Shown here in pieces: positions 8,641-17,034 of a DNA stretch of 37,500 nt. The stretch spans positions 1 through 37,500 of the IMG/VR virus record IMGVR_UViG_3300037423_001042; one strand, written 5' to 3'. The notes below the pieces were generated by a model, which had not been told where the DNA came from, searched no databases, and worked only from the letters and a program-made list of their open reading frames with translations. Source of the stretch: a virus (taxonomy: Duplodnaviria; Caudoviricetes). A program made the position numbers and the translations under genes. Numbering within the stretch: position 1 is the first letter of the stretch; every line of letters starts with the position of its first letter.

Positions 8641-8659
8641 TCGTCCTCGTCGCTGTCAT
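8393..8659 (-). CDS. 88-aa acidic ORF overlapping the nominal TerL 5' end; possibly the true TerL N-terminus via +1 shift
   Basis: AGGAG SD 10 nt upstream of ATG; preferred codons (TAC, TTC, GAC, ATC, TGC); ends CCG TTT TGA where the TerL frame becomes well biased. Confidence 0.65.
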   Translation of the reverse strand: MTATRTSDEGSYFDEKGIEYPSEEARERDEPYDCWRNDAVEAIWGYCHSPLDAKQAVEYLCTHYDRDGAAFADIADAIRDAWPGAIPF

Positions 8660-9158
8660 CGTCGTGAATCTCCTGTTCGAGCAGGTTTCCGCCCTCTTGC
8701 GCGATGAGTTTGAGCAGGTCCTGGTCCGACAGCCGGTTCAGGCGCTCGAAAACGACGTTTCCGGTGATGTTGAGGTCGATTTTCTTCTGCACGGGCTCGT
8801 AATACCCGCACATCTTGCCGATTTCACGCCAGCCCGAAATGATGGCGCCGGGCTCGGCCATCAGTTTGGCCATCTCGATGCCTTCGAGCAGCCCATCCAT
8901 GACCTTTTTTCGGGTCATGCCGGCCGATTCCTCGAATTTCTTCTTCTCGATGTCCAACGCGCGGCGGATGTTGGGCTGCTCGACAACCCGGTAGCCACTC
9001 TCGCCGTGCGAATACCCGGCGCGCACGGCGGCGGTCTTGACTGACTCGCCCTTGGCCAGCTCGCGCACGAACGCACGCTGCTTCGTGGTGAGCGGCGTGT
9101 CGACGGTCACTGGGGTCTGGCCGCGACCACGCTGGGGGAAATCGACCTCCTTCGGCAT
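8637..9158 (-). CDS. terS: Terminase small subunit (173 aa)
   Basis: LTTKQRAFVRELAKGESVKTAAVRAGYS HTH, AIISGWREIGKMCGYY; directly upstream of TerL. Confidence 0.85.
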   Translation of the reverse strand: MPKEVDFPQRGRGQTPVTVDTPLTTKQRAFVRELAKGESVKTAAVRAGYSHGESGYRVVEQPNIRRALDIEKKKFEESAGMTRKKVMDGLLEGIEMAKLMAEPGAIISGWREIGKMCGYYEPVQKKIDLNITGNVVFERLNRLSDQDLLKLIAQEGGNLLEQEIHDDDSDEDE

Positions 9159-9159
9159 G

Positions 9160-9400
9160 GGGCGCGATCTTAGATCGTTTTTCGATTTTGCAAAAAATTT
9201 TGGGTTTCGATCCTGGAAGATGGGGGGTGGGGGTCTGCCTCTTTTTGTGGCAGGGGGAAGGGACGTTTGGAGGCGTGGTGCTTAATTTTTAAGCAGACAG
9301 AAAGAGGTCGTTTCGAGGCTTGGTGACGAGGGTGTGAGTCTCTCCTCCCCCGTCGCCACGAAGCCGTACCCACTTCGGATTCGGATTCGGCGCGGGGAAG
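9160..9400. promoter_or_regulatory. Divergent control region / candidate packaging site
   Basis: Non-coding gap between the arms with A/T and G tracts, CGATCT-T-AGATCG palindrome (9165-9177), 20-bp imperfect direct repeats (9261-9280, 9306-9325) and TGCTTAA-TTT-TTAAGCA (9279-9295). Confidence 0.5.
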
Positions 9401-9490
9401 AAGCATTCTTTGCCCACCCCAGGGCTCGCAAACACCGCGAGCCCTGGTCGATCCGCCTGGCGTGTTCTTCAACCTCGTCAGGAGATCGAC

Positions 9491-9622
9491 ATGCGTCGCA
9501 TCTGCATCGCCATCATCGTGGCTGCCTCTGCAGCCTACGGCTTCCTGGTGTTCGACCAGGTTTACACGCGCTTCAACAGCGCCCGTGCCCTGCACGTCTC
9601 GGCCGTGGAGGTCGAGCAATGA
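9491..9622 (+). CDS. Small membrane/secreted protein (43 aa)
   Basis: AGGAG SD; MRRICIAIIVAASAAYGFLVF hydrophobic segment. Confidence 0.65.
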   Translation: MRRICIAIIVAASAAYGFLVFDQVYTRFNSARALHVSAVEVEQ

Positions 9623-9939
9623 AGCGCCTGACCAACGCACAGCTGCTGCAGCAGCTCGGTGCCGAACGGCACAACCACGAGCTGACGCTCGCGAAGCTCG
9701 AATCGGCGCAAGCCGAGATCGTCGCGCTGCGCGGCCAGCTCAACGAAGCGCAGCTCGAACTGGCGGGGCTGAAGGTGCGGGCGAAGCTCGACGCACCTGC
9801 GCCGCAAGCACAGCCGCGCCCGACTGTCAAGCCTTCGAAGCGCATCTTCGAGTTCGATCCGGGTAAACCCGGTGATTACGCGCGTGCTTCGCGGCTTGCG
9901 CGGGAGCAAGGCGGCCTTGTTCGCCGGGCAACTACGTAA
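9619..9939 (+). CDS. Hypothetical coiled-coil protein (106 aa)
   Basis: ATGA overlap, GGAGG SD; MKRLTNAQLLQQL. Confidence 0.7.
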   Translation: MKRLTNAQLLQQLGAERHNHELTLAKLESAQAEIVALRGQLNEAQLELAGLKVRAKLDAPAPQAQPRPTVKPSKRIFEFDPGKPGDYARASRLAREQGGLVRRATT

Positions 9940-9952
9940 TGCCTTACGTAGT
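9931..9952. repeat. Perfect 9-bp inverted repeat (operator-like)
   Basis: ACTACGTAA-TGCC-TTACGTAGT. Confidence 0.6.
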
Positions 9953-10022
9953 GGTAGCCATGGGGATGGCGACGTAATCGCGCCGCTTCCCCGCTGCATT
10001 CCAACCTTTTTTGGAGGTAATC

Positions 10023-10406
10023 ATGGCCGCTTGCCGTCCATGGACCGACCGCGTCTACACGCTGCGTCGCGTCCTCTCGCTCGACTTGCTGGACTCGCCG
10101 TCGCTGGGCTTCACCTGGCGCGGCCACCAGCACGTCATTCAGACCTCGCATCTGACCGATGCCGAGCTGCTCGCCGTGCCGGCCCTGGCCAACACGCAAT
10201 GGCGTTACATGCGCACCACGCACGAGTGGATTCCGGTGTTCGAGCTGGTCTCGCCCGTCGAAGACCTGCTGCGCTGCCTCGACATCGTGCTGTACCACGA
10301 CTCCGTGTGGGACTGCCACGACACGATGGTCACGCCCAAGGGCCATCCACGCGAGCTGTTCATCGGCGAGCACATCCAGCAGACGTTCGTTCGCCAACTC
10401 TGCTGA
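10023..10406 (+). CDS. Hypothetical protein (127 aa)
   Basis: GGAGG SD, ATG at 10023, preferred codons. Confidence 0.7.
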   Translation: MAACRPWTDRVYTLRRVLSLDLLDSPSLGFTWRGHQHVIQTSHLTDAELLAVPALANTQWRYMRTTHEWIPVFELVSPVEDLLRCLDIVLYHDSVWDCHDTMVTPKGHPRELFIGEHIQQTFVRQLC

Positions 10407-10483
10407 AAACCACAAACCGGGCAAAAACCGCCCGGCTTGTTCGATCCGCTGTCTCTTGTCCTTCAACCCTTTAGGAGCAACTC

Positions 10484-10936
10484 ATGCCCACCACCATCAC
10501 CGCCACCAAGACCGTTCGCCGTCCTGCCAAGAAGGCCACCGTCACGCGAGCCGAGCTGCACGACGAAGTGCAAGGCTCGCGCTTGTGGCAGCAGTACCTC
10601 GACGCCAAGGACGCGCTGTTCAGCCACCTCAAGGTGCCGACCTGGGGTCGTGTCGTCTGCTCGTTCCTGGCCAGCGTGCTCGCCGGCATGGGCGTCGGCT
10701 GGGGCATCTCGATCGTCACCGACATCGTCATGTACGGTGCGATCGCGCTCACCGGCTCGGCTACGTTCGCCATGGTCATCTGGTGCATCGGCCTGGTGCT
10801 GGCCATCTACGCCAGCGTCTGCGCCTCGCAGTCCGCGTTCCAGTACATCGCTTCCAAGCGCATCGACGAGCACTGGAACACCGCCACCAGCACCGTCAAG
10901 GGCTGGTTCACTCGCCGCACGGTGGAGGCAGCATGA
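10484..10936 (+). CDS. Hypothetical membrane protein (150 aa)
   Basis: AGGAG SD; two to three hydrophobic segments. Confidence 0.75.
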   Translation: MPTTITATKTVRRPAKKATVTRAELHDEVQGSRLWQQYLDAKDALFSHLKVPTWGRVVCSFLASVLAGMGVGWGISIVTDIVMYGAIALTGSATFAMVIWCIGLVLAIYASVCASQSAFQYIASKRIDEHWNTATSTVKGWFTRRTVEAA

Positions 10937-11070
10937 TTGACGACAGCCGTGCGCCCCTGCTCATCGACATGCTCGAGACCGTGGAGCCTGATACCGACGA
11001 ACAGTTCGCTGACACCCTCGGCATGTTCACCATGGGCGGTGACATCGAAGTCAAGGAGCAACCGAAATGA
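10933..11070 (+). CDS. Small acidic protein (45 aa)
   Basis: GGAGG SD, ATGA overlaps at both ends. Confidence 0.6.
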   Translation: MIDDSRAPLLIDMLETVEPDTDEQFADTLGMFTMGGDIEVKEQPK

Positions 11071-11354
11071 TCTCGATGGGCCTGTGCGTTGCGCTCGGGC
11101 TCATCGTGATGTTCTGCAAGCTCTCTTGGCGCAAGCGACTGTGGTGCCTGTCGCACCCGCTTGCGCTGGACATCTCGGTGTTCACGCTCGTGAGCGTCCT
11201 GCACTGGGGCACGTTCAGCGGAATGATGGTCGCAGCCGTCGCCGCGCTCGCGTGCTCCATGTGCATCTCCACCGGCAGGTGGCTGTTCGGCTACATCAAG
11301 GCCGGACGCTACTTCCCGGGTCGCATCAACATCCTCGACAAGATCGGAGGCTAA
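11067..11354 (+). CDS. Hypothetical membrane protein (95 aa)
   Basis: AAGGAG SD; LHWGTFSGMMVAAVAAL hydrophobic helices. Confidence 0.75.
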   Translation: MISMGLCVALGLIVMFCKLSWRKRLWCLSHPLALDISVFTLVSVLHWGTFSGMMVAAVAALACSMCISTGRWLFGYIKAGRYFPGRINILDKIGG

Positions 11355-11356
11355 CC

Positions 11357-11548
11357 ATGGATCAAGCTCAACTCACCGACACGCAAGCAAGCGTGGCCAC
11401 CAAGTCCACCGCCACGCTGCTCGCGCTGTTTGCCTGCGTCGGCATGGAACTCCAAGCTCGCGCTGACGGCACTCCTGTCGAAAGCGTTGCGCCCGATGAC
11501 ATTGCCGATCTCGCACGCGTGTTCGGCGTCAAAGAGGTGCCGGCATGA
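11357..11548 (+). CDS. Hypothetical protein (63 aa)
   Basis: GGAGG SD; MDQAQLTDTQ. Confidence 0.6.
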   Translation: MDQAQLTDTQASVATKSTATLLALFACVGMELQARADGTPVESVAPDDIADLARVFGVKEVPA

Positions 11549-11685
11549 AGCTCCACATCCTTCTCATTGGTCGGCAGCGCGTGCGCACGCTGTCGATCGA
11601 GCTCGTCGCCGACCACGCTTGGTGGCTCGGCGCCGCTGCACTCGTCATCGCGGCGATCTACCTGGTGCGCACATGGCCCGCGTAG
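11545..11685 (+). CDS. Small membrane protein (46 aa)
   Basis: GAGG SD, ATGA overlap; MKLHILLIGRQRVRTLSIELVADHAWWLGAAALVIAAIYLVRTWPA. Confidence 0.55.
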   Translation: MKLHILLIGRQRVRTLSIELVADHAWWLGAAALVIAAIYLVRTWPA

Positions 11686-11733
11686 CTTTCGTCCGCGTTC
11701 GATTTTCTTCGTTCGATCTACCGGAGAACTGCC

Positions 11734-11855
11734 ATGACCAATTCGAGCTAGAGCTGCGTTCCGACTCCGACGACCCCGTGTTCGACGAGATCGCTGAGCG
11801 CGAGGAAGAACTCGGCTATCCGCTGGCTCTGGAAAGGAGGTTCTCACCTACCTGA
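11734..11855 (+). pseudogene. Small acidic ORF apparently frameshifted right after its start codon
   Basis: GGAG-7 nt-ATG reads MTNSS-stop, while the biased frame (DQFELELRSDSDDPVFDEIAEREEELGY) needs one extra G after ATG. Confidence 0.4.
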
Positions 11856-11922
11856 AGCAACAGCACTCCGCCCGGTAGTGCGCGATGAAACCGGGCACCC
11901 TCAACCAACCACCTGAACCACC

Positions 11923-12831
11923 ATGACCACCTACCTCAAGCCCACTCCCGTCCCTCTGTCCATCGACGAGTACCTGGACACCATCAGCGACGAGCGCGTG
12001 CTCCAAGTCGCAACCACGGCCGTGTACAACGCTGCGTCCTCGCGCATCGCGTACATCGGCCTGGGGATGGCTGCACAGGTCATCTCCGCGCATCGCAACC
12101 TGGCCGACGGCTCGACCATCACCATGTCCGAGGCCATCGAGACCGTCAACGGCATGGAGTTCCGCGGCCAGATCCTCAGCGACATGGGCGGTGACTACGT
12201 CTCGCGCGCATTGCTGGTGCGCAACCTCGCGCTCGTCAAGCAGCGCATGGAAGACCGCATCCGCATGCATTGGCCGGAGTTCGCCGGTCGATCGCTGATG
12301 GATGAACTCATGCGCACGGCCGAACCACGGCTAGTGCGCGCCGGCGACGTCGACGCAATCTACGAGCACTTCGACAAGGAGCTCGCACGCGAAGACATCA
12401 TCCGTGGTCTGCAGCAAGACGCCGAGACCGAAGCCGCACGCAACCGCGCACGCATCGACATCGCGCACAAGCTGCTGGTTGCCAGCAACGAGTGCTTGGT
12501 CGAAGGCACCAACCGCGCCAGCGATCTCACCGAGCCCAACCTCACATCCGACGACGAACGCCGCTTGCTCGAACGCATCGAGCCTGCGCTCAAGCGTTTC
12601 GAGGTCGAGTGCCTGGCCGGCAAGGCGCGTGGCTTCTCCAACTCGATCGAGCGTCTCGCCTCCGCTCGCACATCCAAGGACGCACGCGCTGTCCTCGTGC
12701 GCACGCTGGCTCATTCGCGCTTCCACGAAGACGCCGGCGCTGCACCTGGTCTGAAGCCCGAGGTGCCGGTCAACGTCACCAGCAACGCGACGCACGACGC
12801 GCGCTACCTGGAGTCGATGACCAAGTTCTGA
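11923..12831 (+). CDS. Hypothetical protein (302 aa)
   Basis: Long ORF with strong codon bias; no motif recognised. Confidence 0.8.
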   Translation: MTTYLKPTPVPLSIDEYLDTISDERVLQVATTAVYNAASSRIAYIGLGMAAQVISAHRNLADGSTITMSEAIETVNGMEFRGQILSDMGGDYVSRALLVRNLALVKQRMEDRIRMHWPEFAGRSLMDELMRTAEPRLVRAGDVDAIYEHFDKELAREDIIRGLQQDAETEAARNRARIDIAHKLLVASNECLVEGTNRASDLTEPNLTSDDERRLLERIEPALKRFEVECLAGKARGFSNSIERLASARTSKDARAVLVRTLAHSRFHEDAGAAPGLKPEVPVNVTSNATHDARYLESMTKF

Positions 12832-12837
12832 ACCATA

Positions 12838-12855
12838 CAGGCCCTGCGGGGCCTG
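12838..12855 (+). terminator. GC hairpin after the 302-aa gene
   Basis: CAGGCCC-TGCG-GGGCCTG; weak T tail. Confidence 0.35.
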
Positions 12856-12856
12856 C

Positions 12857-13020
12857 CTTCCAACCTTCCATCCAATCGTCAACAAACCCTTATAAGGACA
12901 CTTCATCGTCTAAATACATACTCAATACTATATCTCTACTACTTCTTATATACATGTTTATAGATTGGAATGTAAGAGTAGAAGAGTCCTTAGAAATCAA
13001 CAACTTAGGCGCTTCCAACC
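12857..13020. other. Probable replication origin (AT-rich island)
   Basis: The most AT-rich stretch in the window, directly upstream of primase-helicase; bounded by CTTCCAACC direct repeats (12857-12865, 13012-13020). Confidence 0.65.
12995..13007 (+). promoter_or_regulatory. IHF binding site
   Basis: AATCAACAACTTA matches WATCAANNNNTTR exactly. Confidence 0.6.
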
Positions 13021-13096
13021 AGCCAAAGTCTGGTGTCGCTTCCTCTGCGATCGTTGTTCGATCTACACTAGGCGCCCACCTTGAGGCCCACGTCAC

Positions 13097-15469
13097 ATGA
13101 AGCTGCACTTCCTCGAAGCCTCCGTCCCCCTGACCAAAACGTACGAACAACGGCAGGGCGTGATCGTCAAGACCCCCTACCCGCACGTGTACGAAGTGAC
13201 CTCGCATGACGAGGACGTGCGCGATCTGCGTGGGTTCGAGGCTGCGCTGAAACATCACGCCAAGCTCAACCACTGCCTGCTCAAAGGCGCCTTGCACCGC
13301 ACGCTGAAGTCCGAGTCGCGTGCCGGCTCCACCGACGCCAACGACGCCACCGAGTGGATCTGCCTGGACATCGACGGGCTGCCTGAAACGACGGACGTCG
13401 ATGGCAAGACTGCCGAGGTCACCGTCGACGACGTGCTGTTCCTGCTGGGCCTGACCGACGTCTCGTACGTGGTGCAGTGGTCCGCGTCGTACGGCATCGA
13501 GAACAAGTCCCTGCGCGCCCACGTCTTCATGCTGCTGGACAAGCCCGTGCCGGCCACGCAGCTCAAGCAGTGGCTCATGGGCCTGAACTTCACCACCGAG
13601 TTCCTGCGCGACAACATGTCGCTGACCAAGACCGGCAACTCGCTGCACTGGCCGCTGGACGTCAGCGCCTGCCAGAACGACAAGCTGATCTACATCGCGC
13701 CGCCCGTACTCAAGACCGGCGTCAAGGATCCGCTGAAGAACACGCCGCGCATCCATCTCGTGCGCAAGACCAACGAGCGGTTGAAGATCGACAAGATCCC
13801 GCTCGCCGCCAAGAACCGCGATGCCATGGCCAGGCGCATCGACGAGCTGCGCGACGCCGAGGGTCTGCCCAAGAAGAAGCAGGTCTTCAAGATGCACGGC
13901 AGCATCGAGGTGCTCGCCAAGCCCGACGCCTGCACGCTCACGGACATCAAGCAAGAGCGCGGCTTCGTCTACCTGAACTTGAACGGCGGGGACTCCTGGG
14001 GCTACTACCACCCCGAGAACAACCCCGAGTTCATCTACAACTTCAAGGGCGAGCCCACCTACCTCACCAAGGAACTGCTGCCCGAGTACTGGAGCCAGCT
14101 GCAGCAGCAGTCGACACACGTCGACTCCGATGGCATCTTGAAGCTGGCCTTCGTCGACCCGGCCAGCGACCGCTACTACCGCGGCACGTACGACCAGAAG
14201 ACCGACCACCTCGCGTTGGAGACTACGAAGTCGAGCAAGACGCTGCTGGACTTCGCCAAGTCCAACGGCATCGTGCTGCCGGACAACATCATCCCCGAGT
14301 GGCGTCTGGTGTTCGACCCGCACGATGCCGTGCGCGTAGACGTCGACAACCGCGTCATCAACACCTTCAGCCTGACGCCGTACATGCGCCAGGAGGCCAA
14401 GGCGATCACGCAGATCCCCAAGACGATCAAGAAGGTGATCCATCACGTGTGCGGCTCGGACGACGAGTCATTCGACTACTACATCAACTGGCTGGCCTAC
14501 GTGCTGCAAGAGCGCGACCGCCCGCTCACCGCCTGGGTCTTCCACGGCGTGCCGGGCACGGGCAAGGGCACGCTGGTGGCCAAAATCCTGCGCCCGCTGT
14601 TCGGCACCGAGCACACTAAGGTCATCCGCATGAAGGACCTGGACGAGAAGTACAACAAGTTCATGGACAAGTCGCTCATGGTCGTCGTCGAAGAGGTCGA
14701 GACCAGCGCCTTGGCCAACGAGCGTGGTGCCATGGCCGACCTGCGCCTTTACATCACCGACGAAGTGGTGCCGCTGCGCGACATGTACGCCACGCCGCGC
14801 GACGTGCGCAATTACACCGCTTGGCAGTTCCACTCCAACGCAAGTGCGCCTGTACGAGTCACGAAGGATGACCGGCGTTTCAACGTGGCCAAGTACCAGC
14901 CCGTCAAGCTGGAGATGACCGACCGTGAGCGAGACTCCATCGAGCGTGAGCTGCAGGGCTTTCACGACTACCTGATGACGTACACCGTGGACCGCGAGAA
15001 GGTGTTCAAGGTGCTAGAGAACGCCGACCGTGAGAAGCTGGTGGACCTGACCGAGTCGTCGATCGACTCCGTGGTTGACGCGCTGGCCAAGGGCAACATG
15101 GAGTTCTTCATCGACCAGCTGCCCACCGACGAGCGCTACCTCGGCAACATGTCGGCGGCCAACCGCGTGAACGACTACAAGGCGATCGTCAAGTCCCTGC
15201 TTGAACGCACCGAGATGCGCGGGGGCGAATGCAAAATCGCCCGCGATGAGCTGCGTGTGCTGTTCGACTACTGCGTGGGCAAGATTCCCGACACGCCGAA
15301 CAAATTCACCTCGCTGCTCAAGCACCATCGGCTGGTGGTCGGCAAGGTGTGGTTGGACGGCAAAAGCGTCAACGGCATCAAGGTCAACTGGGTCGACCTG
15401 AAGAACTGGCCCACTTACAAGCGCCACTTCGAGCCGGCGCCCAAGGCACAGATGCAGAGGGTGAAGTGA
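13097..15469 (+). CDS. Primase-helicase (N-terminal prim-pol-like domain, C-terminal SF3/DUF5906-type NTPase; 790 aa)
   Basis: ICLDIDG and LRAHVF catalytic-like motifs; Walker A GVPGTGKGT, VVVEE, HSN...DDRRF. Confidence 0.88.
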   Translation: MKLHFLEASVPLTKTYEQRQGVIVKTPYPHVYEVTSHDEDVRDLRGFEAALKHHAKLNHCLLKGALHRTLKSESRAGSTDANDATEWICLDIDGLPETTDVDGKTAEVTVDDVLFLLGLTDVSYVVQWSASYGIENKSLRAHVFMLLDKPVPATQLKQWLMGLNFTTEFLRDNMSLTKTGNSLHWPLDVSACQNDKLIYIAPPVLKTGVKDPLKNTPRIHLVRKTNERLKIDKIPLAAKNRDAMARRIDELRDAEGLPKKKQVFKMHGSIEVLAKPDACTLTDIKQERGFVYLNLNGGDSWGYYHPENNPEFIYNFKGEPTYLTKELLPEYWSQLQQQSTHVDSDGILKLAFVDPASDRYYRGTYDQKTDHLALETTKSSKTLLDFAKSNGIVLPDNIIPEWRLVFDPHDAVRVDVDNRVINTFSLTPYMRQEAKAITQIPKTIKKVIHHVCGSDDESFDYYINWLAYVLQERDRPLTAWVFHGVPGTGKGTLVAKILRPLFGTEHTKVIRMKDLDEKYNKFMDKSLMVVVEEVETSALANERGAMADLRLYITDEVVPLRDMYATPRDVRNYTAWQFHSNASAPVRVTKDDRRFNVAKYQPVKLEMTDRERDSIERELQGFHDYLMTYTVDREKVFKVLENADREKLVDLTESSIDSVVDALAKGNMEFFIDQLPTDERYLGNMSAANRVNDYKAIVKSLLERTEMRGGECKIARDELRVLFDYCVGKIPDTPNKFTSLLKHHRLVVGKVWLDGKSVNGIKVNWVDLKNWPTYKRHFEPAPKAQMQRVK

Positions 15470-15719
15470 AAGAACAACTGCGCGACATGGTGCAGCGCTT
15501 GCGCCGCACTCCAGTCTCTTTGCTCGATCTCATCCCGCTGCTGCCAGAGCAGCCGATCGCATCGAGCAGCTCGAACAAAGCGCCATGACCGAGCAGCGCG
15601 CTCGCGAGATCCTGGGCGACACGCTCAACGCCGAGATCATCGAAGAAATGAAGTCTCGCTTCACTGCCGACCAGCTCGAAGCGATCGCCTGGTGGATGCG
15701 CAACAAGGAGATCAAGTGA
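15466..15719 (+). CDS. Hypothetical protein with apparent 1-nt deletion near 15545 (alternatively a separate 44-aa ORF 15585-15719)
   Basis: MKEQLRDMVQRL...IPLL continues in another frame as RAADRIEQLEQSAMTEQRAREILGD...WWMRNKEIK. Confidence 0.5.
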
Positions 15720-16012
15720 ACCAGTACTACATCCTCAACGGCCAGACCCCCATCCCGTGCATCGACGTGAGCACGTTCAGTAGGTGGTTCGAGAATGCAG
15801 ACCGCCAGGTCTGCGTCGACATCATCGACGGCGTGCGCGTGTCCACGGTCTTCCTCGGCCTCGACCATCGCTGGAGCGAAGGCCCGCCGCTGCTGTTCGA
15901 GACCATGATCTTCGGCGGCGAGCACGACCAGTACCAGAACCGCTACAGCACCTGGGCCGAAGCCGTCGAAGGCCACGCCAAGGCGCTCGCGCTGGTCAAG
16001 GGGTCGAAATGA
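15716..16012 (+). CDS. Conserved phage hypothetical protein (98 aa)
   Basis: AAGGAG SD, GTG start; VSTVFLGLDH...PLLFETMIFGG...RYSTWAEAVEGH. Confidence 0.8.
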   Translation: MNQYYILNGQTPIPCIDVSTFSRWFENADRQVCVDIIDGVRVSTVFLGLDHRWSEGPPLLFETMIFGGEHDQYQNRYSTWAEAVEGHAKALALVKGSK

Positions 16013-16320
16013 CCACTGAAGCCGAGCTGCACGAACTGCTGGAGCTGGCCGCCAAGGCGGCGGGCGATTTGATTGGCTTCGACCCGGACGGGTCTTGCCA
16101 CATCGGCATCCCCGGAACGTCGGAAATGCTGCCCTGGAACCCCCTCACCGACGACGGCGACGCGCTGCGCCTGGCGGTGAGGCTGGGGATGTCAAGCATT
16201 CTTGGAGAGGTCTGGGTCATCGAGCGGACTTCAATCAGCGAGTACGAGCGCGACTCCAACGCCGCCACCCGCATGGCCATCCTGCGCGCAGCCGCGGAGA
16301 TCGGCAGGAGGATGGAGTGA
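16009..16320 (+). CDS. Conserved phage hypothetical protein (103 aa)
   Basis: ELLELAAKAAG...WNPLTDDGDALRLAVRL...ATRMAILRAAAEIG, common in proteobacterial phages. Confidence 0.8.
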   Translation: MTTEAELHELLELAAKAAGDLIGFDPDGSCHIGIPGTSEMLPWNPLTDDGDALRLAVRLGMSSILGEVWVIERTSISEYERDSNAATRMAILRAAAEIGRRME

Positions 16321-16523
16321 CCACCGAGCTGAAGCATGCAACGTACATCGGCCCGCCGGTCGGCTGGAATATGCAGCCTGGCATGACGGCGCTGATCCGC
16401 CCCAGCGCAACACCTGACAAGGTGCTCGCTCAGTTCGATGCCTTCCACGCCCAGCGCGCCGGCCAGGACCTGGCGTGGGACTGGCACGAGTTCAACGCAA
16501 CTGACTTCGAGGTGAACGAATGA
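16317..16523 (+). CDS. Hypothetical protein (68 aa)
   Basis: GTGA overlap, GGAG SD. Confidence 0.65.
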   Translation: MTTELKHATYIGPPVGWNMQPGMTALIRPSATPDKVLAQFDAFHAQRAGQDLAWDWHEFNATDFEVNE

Positions 16524-16993
16524 CCACCACCGATCGCCGCTTCCGCCTGCCCTCGTACCGTGCGCTGCAGGCCAGCCAAGCTCACGCCAAGCTGCTCGCC
16601 GACTCGATCGAGTACTTCGAGAAGCACAACCACACGCGTCCCGACGGCACGGTCAAGCGCGACCACGCATCGAACGGCTTCACGGCGCGCGCGTGCGCGC
16701 AAGCCACCACCGCCCTGCTTAAGTCCGAGCCCAAGGTCGACGATCGCACAACGATCGAAGTGGGCGGCCTGGTGCGCGTGAAGCCGGAGCACACCGAACG
16801 CCTCAAGAAGTACAACACGCCGACGGGCTCCTTGAAAGTCGCGCACATCTGGAGCAACACACAGAACTTGCTGCTTGTTGCACCAGAAGTCGACATTCCG
16901 ACTTCGATGACTTTCGACGAAGTCGCTCATTTTTCTCGCCGCCATGATGGCAGAACCTGGCAGCCCTACTACTTCGAGCGCGTTACCGAGTGA
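16520..16993 (+). CDS. Hypothetical protein (157 aa)
   Basis: GAGG SD, ATGA overlap. Confidence 0.7.
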   Translation: MTTTDRRFRLPSYRALQASQAHAKLLADSIEYFEKHNHTRPDGTVKRDHASNGFTARACAQATTALLKSEPKVDDRTTIEVGGLVRVKPEHTERLKKYNTPTGSLKVAHIWSNTQNLLLVAPEVDIPTSMTFDEVAHFSRRHDGRTWQPYYFERVTE

Positions 16994-17034
16994 GAACACG
17001 CACACCCCAACTGGGAGGGGTTCAACAACAAGTC

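Noticed and set aside
12890-14446. 518-aa minus-strand ORF
   Set aside because: Antisense to primase-helicase and runs into the AT-rich origin.
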